Below, piece after piece: positions 63,042 to 64,000 of a stretch of 64,000 bases of DNA (positions are counted from its first letter, which is position 1; each line of letters opens with the position of its first letter). The stretch spans positions 10,168,001-10,232,000 of the forward strand of contig NC_134475.1 in NCBI RefSeq assembly GCF_964194025.1, read 5' to 3'. The stretch is from Convolutriloba macropyga (lineage: Eukaryota). The notes below the pieces were generated by a model. The model did not search any database, was not told where the DNA came from, and saw nothing but the letters and a program-made list of their open reading frames with translations. Both the position numbers and the translations under genes were made by a program.

Positions 63042-64000
63042 AGCCTTTTGCTCGAGCAATTGAAAAACTTGTTTCAATCAAAGATTGGTAAACAAAGCGA
63101 AGTGTGGTTTATCAATTGGCTTCTCTATCTCTATTTGACATTTTTGATGGTCTGTCTCTTCTATAGTTTGATAAGGCAGTGATCATTTTTTGCCTGCAAG
63201 ACCAGTGCGTTTAAAGAGGAGCTTGCAATGGATTTTAAGATAGATGTTGCTTTTATCTGTGACCCAAATGGCTGACAAATATTTAAAAGATTACTCCTGG
63301 AGCTTTATTGCTTTGTTTTCAAGAAAGGTTGTCTTTTCCTGTTTTTCTGTTCATTATTAGTATGACGATTTGTTGAATTGACTTTGACGTTCCCTGAACA
63401 AAAACTTTTTAACACAATATTTGAAACCTTAGTGTCCTGAATTTAATCAGATTTTTGACAATCAAATAGTGGTAACTTTATTAGACAATATCTCTCCATG
63501 ATAACAAATCGAAAAATTGTTCTTTTTTCAATGGTATCAAACTGCAATTGTACGCTAAAAAGTTTTTGAGTACAAAGTTCATTTATGTATAAATTTTGTT
63601 CGTGTGTCTGTTAGAGTTTTGAAATACTCCATAACTTTAATTAACGAATGATTGTTGTGTATATTCGTTGATGAAAATGCTGAAGAAAATGAAATTAAAC
63701 CGTTTTGATAGATGAAAATGAAAACGAGCAATTTGAAAACGAGCCTTTTCCTCGAGCAATTGAAAAACGTGTTTCAATCAAAGATTGGTAAACAAAGCGA
63801 AGTGTGGTTTATCAATTGGCTTCTCTATCTCTATTTGACATTTTTGATGGTCTGTCTCTTCTATAGTCTGATAAGGCAGTGATCATTTTTTGCCTGCAAG
63901 ACCAGTGCGTTTAAAGAGGAGCTTGCAATGGATTTTAAGATAGATGCTGCTTTTATCTTTGACACAAATGGCTGACAAATATTTAAAAGATTACTCCTGG
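63042..64000. repeat. Direct repeat, 700-bp period, running off the window end
   Basis: 63042-63300 is nearly identical to 63742-64000. Confidence 0.88.

Overview
Eukaryotic (animal-like) genomic DNA: AT-rich, repeat-dense, with GT-AG introns. The taxon cannot be fixed from the sequence alone. Four conserved housekeeping genes lie on the + strand: eIF3L (8 coding exons, 970-26187), malectin (27293-28198), TIMM9 (35901-36158) and NSUN5 (3 coding exons, 56699-60752). On the - strand is a 3-exon prepropeptide gene (45158-41686, ~286 aa) that I cannot assign to a known family. It has a signal peptide, acidic spacers and 11 KR-flanked, non-amidated (M/I)RLQS(L/M) peptides, and grew by exon duplication with the KR cleavage site split across each intron. 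This candidate novel neuropeptide is the main finding. Non-coding space holds three families of Helentron-type non-autonomous elements (one repeatedly carrying a tRNA-like cassette), MITEs with target-site duplications (TSDs), a 5'-truncated LINE with a 13-bp TSD, a CRE-like retroelement tail, a 2.3-kb tandem duplication and a 212-N assembly gap. Exon boundaries were read by hand from splice signals and reading-frame continuity; family assignments rest on recalled motifs, not database searches.
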